IMG/VR virus record: IMGVR_UViG_3300032007_000071
Span: 10,074 to 74,073 of that record
Strand: one strand, 5' to 3'
Source: a virus
Taxonomy: Duplodnaviria > Caudoviricetes
Length of the DNA: 64,000 nt
Of the stretch, positions 1 to 8,683 are shown in pieces. Under the pieces are notes generated by a model, which had not been told where the DNA came from, did not search any database, and saw only the letters and a list, made by a program, of their open reading frames with translations. The position numbers and the translations under genes are program-made. How positions within the stretch are numbered: the first letter of the stretch is position 1; each line of letters opens with the position of its first letter.

Positions 1-47
1 GTTGCCATGTTATTTTGTGTTTGTGATTATTGTCTGTTTCGACGGGA

Positions 48-392
48 CTAATCCCCGTCATACTCCTCTGCCTCCTGCCATCCCGTCGGTGGCTCGTAGC
101 CGTCTTTCTCTTTGAGGTACATCACGCGCTTGCCCGACAGCCAGTGCCAGACGAAGCCCATGTCGAGCAGTCCCCGTTCCGCCTCCGGCCATGGGTCTCC
201 GAGGTCGATGGTGGCACGCAGTCCCATAGCGTCGCGTAGCTGTCCCACGTCCATGACCTCCACGCCGATGTCGAACTTCGGCCACGGGATCCAGCGGTCG
301 GCAAAGGCTTCGACCATCGCGTCGATGTTCGCCTTGGCAGCACTGATGTCCGTCACCTTGATCGGTTTCTTCTCTCCGTCTTCCATAGTCAC
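48..392 (-). CDS. hypothetical phage protein
   Basis: 114 aa ORF, overlaps the upstream gene stop by ATGA coupling, in a co-directional minus-strand run. Confidence 0.75.
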   Translation of the reverse strand: MTMEDGEKKPIKVTDISAAKANIDAMVEAFADRWIPWPKFDIGVEVMDVGQLRDAMGLRATIDLGDPWPEAERGLLDMGFVWHWLSGKRVMYLKEKDGYEPPTGWQEAEEYDGD

Positions 393-583
393 CTCCGTTC
401 CTTACGCATCGCCTTGACGACCTTGGTGTAGAAGCCGTCGTAGGACTTCGAGCCGCACCATTCCTCACAGCTCATCCGTGCGTTGACGGCAAATTCGTTG
501 AGCCTACAATGCCATTCCTTGATTCCGCCGGCGGCGGCATTGCCTACCGCCTGTAGACAGTTCATACAGTTCTTTTCCATCAT
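389..583 (-). CDS. small Cys-rich hypothetical protein
   Basis: 64 aa, CxxC plus further Cys, ATGA overlaps with both neighbours. Confidence 0.65.
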   Translation of the reverse strand: MMEKNCMNCLQAVGNAAAGGIKEWHCRLNEFAVNARMSCEEWCGSKSYDGFYTKVVKAMRKERR

Positions 584-1104
584 TTTGTTTCGTTTGGATA
601 AAGATCTTTATTCACACAGAGGTTCAGCGGCTCCTCCCGTTGCATCTGGATGAGTACGGCAAACCATCCGTTCTCCAAGGGACCCACCGACTGATACGAC
701 ACCGTGGCGTCGTCGAGGTCGATGCGTGCGAAGTCGCCATCCATCTTCCCGTTGGAGATCTCTTCATCGTGCTTCTTCAGGAGCCAGGCGAGGAAGTCAC
801 GGGCATGAACCAGTGCCTCCTGCTTGGCCACGGCCGCCTCCATGCCGTCCGCCATCTTCTCCGCACGCACGAAGAAGTAGATGGGGTAATTGAAGGTCGG
901 ACGTGCGATCGGTCCGTCACCCTCTACGGCACTCTCCATGACGACACATGGCGACTGTAGGTTGCTGATGCCTTTCGCCATCTCCACCACTCCCCTCCAG
1001 GAGTCGGTGAACATAAACCGGATATTCCCGGTACCGGGGTTGTGGAGCATATACTTATACTGCGCACACCACTGCTCTACAATAGAATAGAATGAGAATG
1101 TCAT
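580..1104 (-). CDS. hypothetical phage protein, possibly tail completion/terminator-like
   Basis: 174 aa ORF with AT-rich start context; size and C-terminus resemble Bacteroidales phage tail-completion proteins as I recall them; function weakly supported. Confidence 0.5.
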   Translation of the reverse strand: MTFSFYSIVEQWCAQYKYMLHNPGTGNIRFMFTDSWRGVVEMAKGISNLQSPCVVMESAVEGDGPIARPTFNYPIYFFVRAEKMADGMEAAVAKQEALVHARDFLAWLLKKHDEEISNGKMDGDFARIDLDDATVSYQSVGPLENGWFAVLIQMQREEPLNLCVNKDLYPNETK

Positions 1105-1132
1105 TGTTGTATTGTGTTTACGTTATTCATTC

Positions 1133-1375
1133 GGTCGCAAGCTCCCTTGTTGTGGGGTCGCAGAGCTCCCTTGTTGTTGGGCGCTTCGCTTGAAATTTTA
1201 TTTAGAATTTATATTTATAATTTAATTTAAAATTTTCCTGCCCACCACTTCCTGCGGATAGGGTAATTCTACGCGAACACGTACCGCGCCAGCCAATTAT
1301 AAATATAATTCTAAATAACAATTATAAATATAATTTCAAGCGAAGCGCCCCCATAATCAGGGAGCGGAGCGACCC
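1133..1375 (-). repeat. GNA-hairpin/AT-arm palindromic element, copy 1 (2 arms)
   Basis: gggcgcttcgcttgaaatt at 1179 and aatttcaagcgaagcgccc ending 1350 are inverted repeats around phased AT units and a GC core; flanking ggtcgcaagctcccttg motifs. Confidence 0.9.
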
Positions 1376-1377
1376 GG

Positions 1378-2550
1378 CTATATTCCTTTCGGCATCTTCA
1401 CGCCGTAGTGCTCTCCCGCCTTGACAATGCTCTTAGTCACGCGTCCGCCGAGGGCGATGAGCTCCTTGATGTTCAGTCCCCACTGCTTCTTGCGCTCCGG
1501 GGTCGCCTCCGGCCGTGGGTCACGCAGCCACTTCTGGAGATAGGAGATGCGCTTTTTCTTCTCCTCGTCGGTCATCGTCTTTTCGGACTCCGCCTTCTTA
1601 TGGTGCGACCGCTTCGGCTTTGTTGTTCCCTTTTTGTCGTCGGTGGGGATTGTTACCTTCGGCTTCGGGTCTGCGACCTTCCCCGTCTCGGGATCGACGA
1701 GATGCGCCATGCCGAGGTCGTCGAGGACCACATGCCCCGTGGCCACTACCCTCCCCCACTCGTCATCCAGTTCCTTGCGGAGGGCGGCGATGCGGTTGTC
1801 GATCTTCACGGCAGCTTTCGCCCACCGCTCCCGTTCGGTGGCTGTTGATTGAGGATCGTCGAGGAGCAACCGCATGTTAGTGCGTGCCGTGCCGAGGTCG
1901 TTCATCAGAGCACCATATTGTGCGGCCCGCTTCTGGGTGTCCTCGGGAAGGAGATGGATATACTGGTCGATATGCTTCGGCCGGGGCACGATGGTATTGA
2001 GGTCGGTCGTCAACAACTTGGTGTTTTGTGCCACTTTCTTGGTGTCCTGTGACAGATTATTGTCACTCGGTGACGGATTTTCGTCTTTTGCCAGCTTCTC
2101 TTTCGGGGGCCGTCCCCTACCCCTCCGTTTGGGTTCCACTTCTGGAGACGGCTTTTCTGCATCCGACGGCACCGGCTTCTGGGGCGCTACCGACTCTGGG
2201 GTGGTCGTGAGCTTCGGTCGGAACGTCGTGAGCACGTCGATGATATGGAGCACACTCCGCTTCACCGACTTCTTATAGATGGCTTCGGGGAGCCAGGTGT
2301 CGGTGGCTCTCGCAAAGGACGTCATCAGTTTCACGCCCTTCATGAAGGCCTCCTGCTCCTCGGCGCTCCACGCCCCGCTCATCTGCATCACGTCCTGCAC
2401 CCTCGCCAGTGGTTCCCCGGTCTTGGGGACGAGGATCGGTGCCTGACGTTTCAGCCACTCCCCTACCCTTTCGGCCAACTTCAGACGCTCGTCTTCGGTC
2501 ATGTTGTCGTAGCGTTTCAGCCACTCCCCTACCGTTATTCTTTTGATCAT
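1378..2550 (-). CDS. hypothetical phage protein with Pro-rich linker and AT-hook-like RRGRGRPPK motif
   Basis: 390 aa ORF preceded by a minus-strand TAnnTTTG promoter. Confidence 0.75.
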   Translation of the reverse strand: MIKRITVGEWLKRYDNMTEDERLKLAERVGEWLKRQAPILVPKTGEPLARVQDVMQMSGAWSAEEQEAFMKGVKLMTSFARATDTWLPEAIYKKSVKRSVLHIIDVLTTFRPKLTTTPESVAPQKPVPSDAEKPSPEVEPKRRGRGRPPKEKLAKDENPSPSDNNLSQDTKKVAQNTKLLTTDLNTIVPRPKHIDQYIHLLPEDTQKRAAQYGALMNDLGTARTNMRLLLDDPQSTATERERWAKAAVKIDNRIAALRKELDDEWGRVVATGHVVLDDLGMAHLVDPETGKVADPKPKVTIPTDDKKGTTKPKRSHHKKAESEKTMTDEEKKKRISYLQKWLRDPRPEATPERKKQWGLNIKELIALGGRVTKSIVKAGEHYGVKMPKGI

Positions 2551-2579
2551 ATATAAATAAGGTATTTGTTTTTTTCAGA

Positions 2580-2587
2580 CAAAGATA
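2580..2587 (-). promoter_or_regulatory. Bacteroidetes sigma-A -7 box (TATCTTTG) for the leftward operon
   Basis: caaagata on the + strand, about 30 nt upstream of the ORF 1378..2550 start. Confidence 0.6.
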
Positions 2588-2698
2588 ATGTAGGGTGGAT
2601 AAGAAGTCAAGGGCAAGGGGGAGCGTGCCTGACGGAGGCGGTCTGTTAATCTTGCTTAAATAATTGATTAATTGTTTGCTTGTTTGCTTAGATACTCG

Positions 2699-2706
2699 TA
2701 TCTTTG
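2699..2706 (+). promoter_or_regulatory. Bacteroidetes sigma-A -7 box (TATCTTTG) for parA
   Basis: matches the TAnnTTTG consensus, with TTTG motifs upstream. Confidence 0.65.
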
Positions 2707-2774
2707 CCACAGCTACAACAAAAAGAGCGATGGGTATCGCTCAACGATTATTCATTTTTAAAAGCTACAATAAT

Positions 2775-3638
2775 ATGGTAAAGAAACAGCGTACTCACGA
2801 GCTGCGTCATATCGTGGCCGTGTCCAACAACAAAGGTGGGGCAGGCAAGACCTCTACCGTGCTCAACCTTGCGTCAGCCATCTCCCGTCGTGTGGAGGGT
2901 TATCGGGTGCTCGTCATCGACTGCGATCCGCAGCACAACCTCTCCCAACTGCTGAAATGGGAGGACAAGATGGAACTCGACGGCAACCCCACCATTTTTA
3001 ATGCACTCTGCAACCAACAGGGGCTCCCCGTTTATAAGGCACAAAACGGACTTTACTTCACCCCGGCCAGTATGAAGCTCAACGGCATCGACGTCTTCCT
3101 CTCGCAGCTGCCCAACCCTAACAAAGCACTCCAGGAACTCTTGGAACGGCCTATCGACGACCGTACCACAACCCTACTCGGTGACACCATCGGGGAAAAG
3201 CAGTCGGTGCTCTCCCCTACCATCGCCGATAGCTTCGACTTCGTGTTCCTCGACACACAGCCTGCCATGAGCCGCATGACCTACAACGCCCTTTATGCGG
3301 CCGACGGGGTTATCATCACGACCGAGCTCGAGGAGACAAGTATCAGTGGTATGGTCAACGTGGCCGTTGCTGCCGGGAAAGTGATTGCCGATACCGGGAA
3401 ACTCAATATACAAGGAATCCTGATCACCAAGTCGGATGCCCGCTTGCGTATTGCCAAACACTACGAACCGCAGATCCGCCAGTCGTTTTGTGAGACGTTC
3501 CGCACCGTCATCCGTCAGAGCAAGGACATATCGGAGAGTCGTGCCCTGCATGAGGACGTGTTTACTTCTTATGCCGGTGGACGTGCCGCCGAGGACTTCA
3601 TCGCCCTGGCCAACGAGTATCTGGAGAAGTTTGCTTAA
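2775..3638 (+). CDS. parA: ParA family partition ATPase
   Basis: deviant Walker A NNKGGAGKT, VIDCDPQHN, FVFLDTQP; start moved to the ATG at 2775 after an AT-rich leader. Confidence 0.92.
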   Translation: MVKKQRTHELRHIVAVSNNKGGAGKTSTVLNLASAISRRVEGYRVLVIDCDPQHNLSQLLKWEDKMELDGNPTIFNALCNQQGLPVYKAQNGLYFTPASMKLNGIDVFLSQLPNPNKALQELLERPIDDRTTTLLGDTIGEKQSVLSPTIADSFDFVFLDTQPAMSRMTYNALYAADGVIITTELEETSISGMVNVAVAAGKVIADTGKLNIQGILITKSDARLRIAKHYEPQIRQSFCETFRTVIRQSKDISESRALHEDVFTSYAGGRAAEDFIALANEYLEKFA

Positions 3639-3672
3639 CCACTTGGTTACTGCATTACTTGTTTAAGCATAC

Positions 3673-3840
3673 AAGCAATACATTTATCAAGTAGAAAAGC
3701 AATACATTTATCAAGTAGAAAAGCAATACATTTATACAGTAGACAAGCAATACATTTATCAAGTAGAAAAGCAAAACATTTATCAAGTAGAAAAGCAATA
3801 CATTTATCAAGTAGAAAAGCAATACATTTATCAAGTAAGA
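3673..3840 (+). repeat. 7 x 24-bp tandem repeat AAGCAATACATTTATCAAGTAGAA, putative centromere array 1
   Basis: units start at 3673, 3697, 3721, 3745, 3769, 3793, 3817, directly after parA. Confidence 0.9.
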
Positions 3841-3907
3841 AAGCAAGCAATTGCCCAATTAGTAAAGCAATTAATTGTATAAGCACAACATTAAACAAGC
3901 AGACAAT

Positions 3908-4351
3908 ATGGCAAAGAAAGACAAATTCGCACAGCTCCATGCACAAGGTGGGGGGATGCTTGGTTCGGTGGGATCGTTCCAGAATCTCGCGGCAACCGTG
4001 GCAGCTATCGACCAGCAGGAGCAGCAGGAGGAAAAAGAGAACGCACATACGGAGAAAGCCACTACTCCTTCCCGGGCTAAAGAGGAGAAGCAAACGGAAA
4101 GCGCTGTCGAGGAAGAACGCTTCATGCGACTTCCCAACCCGAAGATTCCATTGACGGAATACAACCTTGTAAGCAACTATTGCAACTCGCTTCCGAACAT
4201 GACAAGGCAGGACTTCGTGGAGCTGGCCATTCTCGAAAAACTCTATAAGGACTGCGGACTGCCCAAAGCACAGTTTGATAAACGTTACAAGGAGATACGC
4301 AACCGTCCGCCACGCGGACACCGGAAAGGAACTAAGCAATCAAGCAAATAA
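3908..4351 (+). CDS. putative centromere-binding protein (ribbon-helix-helix-like), type Ib partition partner
   Basis: downstream of parA; disordered N-terminus; C-terminal PKIPLTEYNLVSNYCNSLPNMTRQDFVELAILEKL fits a strand-helix-helix pattern. Confidence 0.55.
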   Translation: MAKKDKFAQLHAQGGGMLGSVGSFQNLAATVAAIDQQEQQEEKENAHTEKATTPSRAKEEKQTESAVEEERFMRLPNPKIPLTEYNLVSNYCNSLPNMTRQDFVELAILEKLYKDCGLPKAQFDKRYKEIRNRPPRGHRKGTKQSSK

Positions 4352-4354
4352 TGT

Positions 4355-4546
4355 ATTGCTTGATAAATCTAACAAGGCAATGCTTGGATAAATCTAACAA
4401 GGAAATGCTTGGATAAGCTAACAAGGCATTGCTTTAACAAGCTAACAAGACATTGCTTGAATAATCTAACAAGGTAATGCTTGAACAAGCTAACAATACA
4501 TTGCTTGAACAATACATTGCTTTGTTAAGCTAACAAGGCATTGCTT
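4355..4546 (-). repeat. degenerate ~24-bp tandem array with inverted core (A[T/A]TGCTT), putative centromere array 2
   Basis: cores at 4355, 4379, 4404, 4428, 4452, 4476, 4500, 4516, 4540; ATTGCTT is the reverse complement of the AAGCAAT core of array 1. Confidence 0.8.
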
Positions 4547-4574
4547 GAATAATTGGATAAGTAATCAATGAACC

Positions 4575-5024
4575 ATGGAGAACAAAGAGAAACCATCTGC
4601 AACAAGCAGAGAAGGGAAGGATGAGATCACGGAGATGGTCAAAAATTTCGAGCAAGTGTTGGAAGGGCAGGACACCACAACGTTGGCACTCGAACACGAA
4701 CTCGTGCGTACAATAGGGGAAAGGATACAAGAGAGGCTCGCACGGATCAAGCAACAGACCTCCGAGGAGACGAGCAACGATCAAGAGTCTGTTGACGGGA
4801 CAGCCGAGAAAGCGGTAGGGGCGTTGTGCTACCTGCCGAAATCCATTCATCGACTGGCCACACGCTATGCCGACGACCATGATGTCACCGCCAAGCGGTT
4901 CTTCTTCGAGACGATGCTGATCGGACTGGAACAGCAGGGGATCATCACCCACGAGCAGCACCTTCAGGCCCTCACGCTCCCCAACGAGTATGGCTGGAAG
5001 GGACGTGGCAGTAAGAAACCGTAA
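4575..5024 (+). CDS. second putative ribbon-helix-helix DNA-binding protein
   Basis: 149 aa; ALCYLPKSIHRLATRYADDHDVTAKRFFFETMLIGL is RHH-like; preceded by array 2. Confidence 0.45.
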   Translation: MENKEKPSATSREGKDEITEMVKNFEQVLEGQDTTTLALEHELVRTIGERIQERLARIKQQTSEETSNDQESVDGTAEKAVGALCYLPKSIHRLATRYADDHDVTAKRFFFETMLIGLEQQGIITHEQHLQALTLPNEYGWKGRGSKKP

Positions 5025-5032
5025 GGCAATAA

Positions 5033-5080
5033 CTCATCAACTTATCAACCAACTCAATAACTCAACAACTCATAAACTCA
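5033..5080 (+). repeat. degenerate 8-9-mer AACTCA(A/T) microsatellite-like run
   Basis: aactcatcaacttatcaaccaactcaataactcaacaactcataaactcaaaa upstream of the lipoprotein gene. Confidence 0.6.
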
Positions 5081-5087
5081 AAAAAAC

Positions 5088-5522
5088 ATGAAACACACAA
5101 AATTATTCTCAATCCTCATGCTCTTCTTCCTGGGCATGATGGCCATCAGCTTCTCAGCATGCAGCAGCAGCGACGATGACGTGGATCCGACACAGCGGTA
5201 CAGGAGCCAAATCCTTGGCGAGTGGTATTGCGACAACATTGAATATCGGTTCGAGCCGGATGGCACCGGATGGCGTAACTGCGGGGACATCATTGCCGAC
5301 TTCAAGTACACCATCTATGGACAGGGCGTAAGTATGCGTCTGTTCACCTATGTCAACACTGCCACGGGAAGCATCTGGAAAGATGATGAGGGCGATGACG
5401 CTGTCTATAATCCCGAGCAGAACACCATGCGCATCGAAGGACGTATTTTTACGCGTCAGAAGCCGACACCCAAACCGACCACGTCCACAGAGGAACCGGC
5501 CGACACCGTGGTGACGGAGTGA
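5088..5522 (+). CDS. lipoprotein, possibly lipocalin-like beta fold
   Basis: signal peptide ending FSAC followed by the acidic SSSDDD typical of Bacteroidetes surface lipoproteins; ILGEW motif. Confidence 0.75.
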   Translation: MKHTKLFSILMLFFLGMMAISFSACSSSDDDVDPTQRYRSQILGEWYCDNIEYRFEPDGTGWRNCGDIIADFKYTIYGQGVSMRLFTYVNTATGSIWKDDEGDDAVYNPEQNTMRIEGRIFTRQKPTPKPTTSTEEPADTVVTE

Positions 5523-5543
5523 TTGTGTAAATTGTAATAGGGT

Positions 5544-5576
5544 AGGGGGCACCGATCATCGGCGCCCCCTTTTTTT
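5544..5576 (+). terminator. intrinsic terminator
   Basis: agggggcaccgatcatcggcgcccccttttttt hairpin plus T-tract. Confidence 0.75.
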
Positions 5577-5579
5577 GTT

Positions 5580-6089
5580 GGTCGCTCCGCTTGAAATTAT
5601 ACTTAAAATTTGGCCTTAAAATTTTACTTAAAATTTGGCTGGCGCGACGAGGGTCGGTCGCAAGCTCCCTTGGTGGGGCGCTCCGCTTGAAATTCTATTT
5701 ATAATTTATATTTAAAATTCTATTTATAATGGCTGGCGCGATGATTGTTGGTCGCAAGCTCCCTTGTTGATGGGCGCTCCGCTTGAAATTTGCTTTATAA
5801 TTTATATTTATAATTTTATTTAGAATTGGCTGGCGCGATGATTGATCGCCTACGGATCCGGGGTTGCCTTCATCGTAGCACCTGTACAAGACGCATGAAA
5901 GGGTGGGCAGGAAAATTTTAAATCAAATTCTAAATAAAAATTATAAATACAATTTCAAGCGAAGCGCCCCGAAGCAGCGCGAAGCGCAAAACAATCGGTG
6001 GCTGGAAAATTTTAAGTCAAATTTTAAGTAAGAATTTTAAGTAAAATTTCAAGCACGAAGTGCGCCCCTAACAAGGGAGCTTGCGACCC
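5580..6089 (+). repeat. GNA-hairpin/AT-arm palindromic element, copy 2 (3 direct + 2 inverted arms)
   Basis: three gc(t/c)ccgcttgaaatt...ggctggcgcg arms, core ending cgcatgaaagggtgggcagg, two inverted arms ending ttcaagcgaagc and ttcaagcacgaagtgc. Confidence 0.92.
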
Positions 6090-6100
6090 GACCATCCGAC

Positions 6101-6714
6101 ACTTCCGTTTTTGTCGGGATCTCCCTGGGAAAAGAGAGACTTCCGTTTTTGTCGGGAAATCAAGACCTATATATTTGTCCCCCAAGGCTATAAATCTGTC
6201 TTCAACGGGAAGTTATAAGAATGTCCCCAGGTTCACATTCTCGTTATCAGTCTGATAATAGCATAGTTACGTATTTGTCGTGGAAGTTGTGTTTTTCCGA
6301 CCGCTTTGATTATCAATGAGTTATAGTTTTCCGACAAAAACGGAACTAAAAAAATCTCTTTATTTATTTTATTTATTACTATATATATTATATATTTATA
6401 GGTACGCGTAACTTGCTGATAATCAAAGGTTAGCCGTGTAGTTTACCGACAAAACCGTAGCTTTTTACCGACAAAAGCGGAAGTATTTACCGACAAAAGC
6501 GGAGCTTTTCTCCGACAAAAGCGGAAGTATTTGCCGACAAAAACGGAGGTCTATTCCGACAAAAACGGAGGTGGGGACAGATTCAGAGTTTTCTGTCCTT
6601 GCAGTACGACGCATTTCTCCGACAAGAAAGTAACTTGATTAAAAAGTTTCAAGTGTTAATATTTTGCAAGTTGCTGAAAATAAACAAGAAAACACTTGTC
6701 AGTTTACCGACAAA
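6101..6714 (+). other. plasmid-type replication origin (iterons, AT-rich unwinding region)
   Basis: CCGACAAAA(A/G)CGGA iterons: inverted copies at 6101 and 6139, one at 6331, six in phase from 6446, partial copies at 6620 and 6707; AT-only stretch about 6347-6400; immediately upstream of the rep gene. Confidence 0.88.
6446..6571 (+). repeat. six iterons at 22-bp spacing
   Basis: ccgac starts at 6446, 6468, 6490, 6512, 6534, 6556. Confidence 0.92.
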
Positions 6715-6718
6715 TTAG

Positions 6719-6726
6719 TAACTTTG
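6719..6726 (+). promoter_or_regulatory. -7 box TAACTTTG of the rep promoter, next to a partial iteron (probable autorepression)
   Basis: consensus match; ccgacaaa at 6707-6714 lies within the promoter. Confidence 0.65.
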
Positions 6727-6789
6727 CCGTGCAATAACACCAATGAAGCTACAACACGTTGGTGTTCACCACATTAAAAAGCTACTATT

Positions 6790-7785
6790 ATGGCAAGAAA
6801 AACTCGCAAGGCCGAGCAGCTCAAACAAGAGATTGTCAACAGTGTGCCTGTAGAACAGCGTGAGATGATTACGCAGCCAATCACATTCACCTATCTCAAT
6901 GGGGAAATGACGATGTTACAGACGCGCATACAGACGATGATCATGGAGAAGCTGCAAGAGCGTATCGCCAATGCTCTTCAGAAGAGAGCGAAGGGTGGAT
7001 TCACCGGGGAGCTGTTCACGGATGACGACTTCGCGCCGCTACCAAACGGACACACGAAGTACCTCACGTTTGAGGTGAAATACTCCGAGTTGGGCGTGGA
7101 GCCTTCACACTATGAGGACATCGACAAAGCAGCACTCGCTATGCAGTCGATTATCCACTCAAAAGAGTTGACCGACGAACATGGAAAGAAATACGTCGAG
7201 TACACGGTGGTTTTTGACAAGGTAACGATCCCCGTCAAGACAAAGGGTAGGGTAGAGCGACGTGACAGCATCAAGCTGCGGATGTTGCCGGAAACGGCAC
7301 ATGACCTGTTCAACATCATTCCCTACCACCGCTATCTCAAAGATGCTGTATTCCTCTTTAGCAGTGGTTATTCGGGGCGTATATATCTTCTCATCAATGC
7401 CAACAAACGACTCGGCACTTGGAAAATCTCCTATGAGAAACTTCGCAAGATTTTGCTCGCAAGTTATGACAATGACACAAAGCAGCTGTCAGTAGAGAAA
7501 TACCCGGAGGTCTATGATTTCAAGCGTCGTGTGCTCGACGTGGCCAAAAAGGAGATTGATAAAGCCGCCGACCGCGTGGACTGCACCTTTGACTATGAGC
7601 TGGAATACCCTCATGGCAAGCACCGTGGAACACCTGAATACGTCGTGTTCCATATCCACATGACCGACTTGGGAAATCGCATCCTCCAGAAGAAGCTCGA
7701 CTGCAAGCCGGCAGAGGCCATAGAGATAAAGGAGGAAAACGAACCAAAGAATACGAACCCTATAAATGATATGAGCAAATGGTAA
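6790..7785 (+). CDS. repA: replication initiator protein (Rep_3/RepA family)
   Basis: ITQP..TY, SGYSGRIYLLI, FKRRVLDVAKKEID, FDYELEY motifs of winged-helix initiators; adjacent iterons. Confidence 0.85.
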   Translation: MARKTRKAEQLKQEIVNSVPVEQREMITQPITFTYLNGEMTMLQTRIQTMIMEKLQERIANALQKRAKGGFTGELFTDDDFAPLPNGHTKYLTFEVKYSELGVEPSHYEDIDKAALAMQSIIHSKELTDEHGKKYVEYTVVFDKVTIPVKTKGRVERRDSIKLRMLPETAHDLFNIIPYHRYLKDAVFLFSSGYSGRIYLLINANKRLGTWKISYEKLRKILLASYDNDTKQLSVEKYPEVYDFKRRVLDVAKKEIDKAADRVDCTFDYELEYPHGKHRGTPEYVVFHIHMTDLGNRILQKKLDCKPAEAIEIKEENEPKNTNPINDMSKW

Positions 7786-8678
7786 AAAAGCAAACCCCCA
7801 ATTACCCCCAGCTCTGGCAGCAGTGCCTGGCAACCATCAGAAGCCAATACCCCAAGGGGGAGAAATACGACCACTGGTTCAGTGTGTGGTTCGGTGACGT
7901 GGCACTCGATGCCTACGATCCCGACAAACGGCAGCTGCGGTTACGGGTGCCGTCACGCTACGTCTATGAGTTCCTTGAAAGCTATATGCTCAAACCGCTC
8001 AGAGCGGCCCTACAAGCCACGTTCGGGGAGCAGGTGGCACTGACGTACCGCATCATGCCGCAAGCCCCGTCATTTGCGGATATGGCCGCTTATCTGCAAC
8101 ATCAGTCGGGTGGGGGAGCACGACGCGACAACCGCATCCATCTCGACAATGCTAAGGAACGGCTCGAGGACGGTCTGCGCTATTTCCTGAAAGATAAGCC
8201 GATGGAGTGGGTGAGCGGCTACGAGGACGTGGTGAAGTTCCTCACCGACAACGACCGCCGGGGACTGCTCATCGTGGGGACACCGGGACTTGGCAAGTCG
8301 CTCATCGCCTGTCGCATCCTCCCCGTACTACTCGCCAACGGCGTGAAGACGCCGCCCGTGGTGAGGGCCACCGACCTGCGGAAGCGGTTAGAGGAACTCA
8401 AACGCGAGCGGGTGGTCATCATCGACGACCTCGGCAAGGAGCCCCGCAAACACTATGGCGACACCGATCAGTCTTTCTTCGAGCTCTGCGACAATGCCGA
8501 GCGCACGGGGGCGATCCTGATCATCACCACGAATCTCGCTACCACGCCCACCGACGACCCCCGCTACTCCGATGACATCGAGACACGCTACGGAGAAGCC
8601 GTGCTCAGTCGGCTGAAGGCCATCACGCACGTCGCTGTCTTTGAGGGCAACGGACTGAGGGAGGAGGAGAAGAAGTAG
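7779..8678 (+). CDS. DnaA N-terminal domain fused to a DnaC/IstB-like AAA+ ATPase (putative helicase loader)
   Basis: N-terminal LWQQCLATIRSQ...WF...LRVPSRYVYEFLE resembles DnaA domain I; Walker A GTPGLGKS, Walker B IIDDLGKE. Confidence 0.75.
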   Translation: MVKKQTPNYPQLWQQCLATIRSQYPKGEKYDHWFSVWFGDVALDAYDPDKRQLRLRVPSRYVYEFLESYMLKPLRAALQATFGEQVALTYRIMPQAPSFADMAAYLQHQSGGGARRDNRIHLDNAKERLEDGLRYFLKDKPMEWVSGYEDVVKFLTDNDRRGLLIVGTPGLGKSLIACRILPVLLANGVKTPPVVRATDLRKRLEELKRERVVIIDDLGKEPRKHYGDTDQSFFELCDNAERTGAILIITTNLATTPTDDPRYSDDIETRYGEAVLSRLKAITHVAVFEGNGLREEEKK

Positions 8679-8683
8679 AAGAC

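Noticed and set aside
2448-2531. Direct repeat gtttcagccactcccctac within ORF 1378..2550
   Set aside because: Simply encodes a duplicated VGEWLK peptide; no sign of a separate DNA-level function.
3673-3840. CRISPR array
   Set aside because: Units are contiguous tandem repeats with no unique spacers, and no cas genes are present.
3647-4339. 230-aa minus-strand ORF with FLLDKCIA repeats
   Set aside because: Translation of the 24-bp DNA array plus antisense to ORF 3908; no independent start signals.
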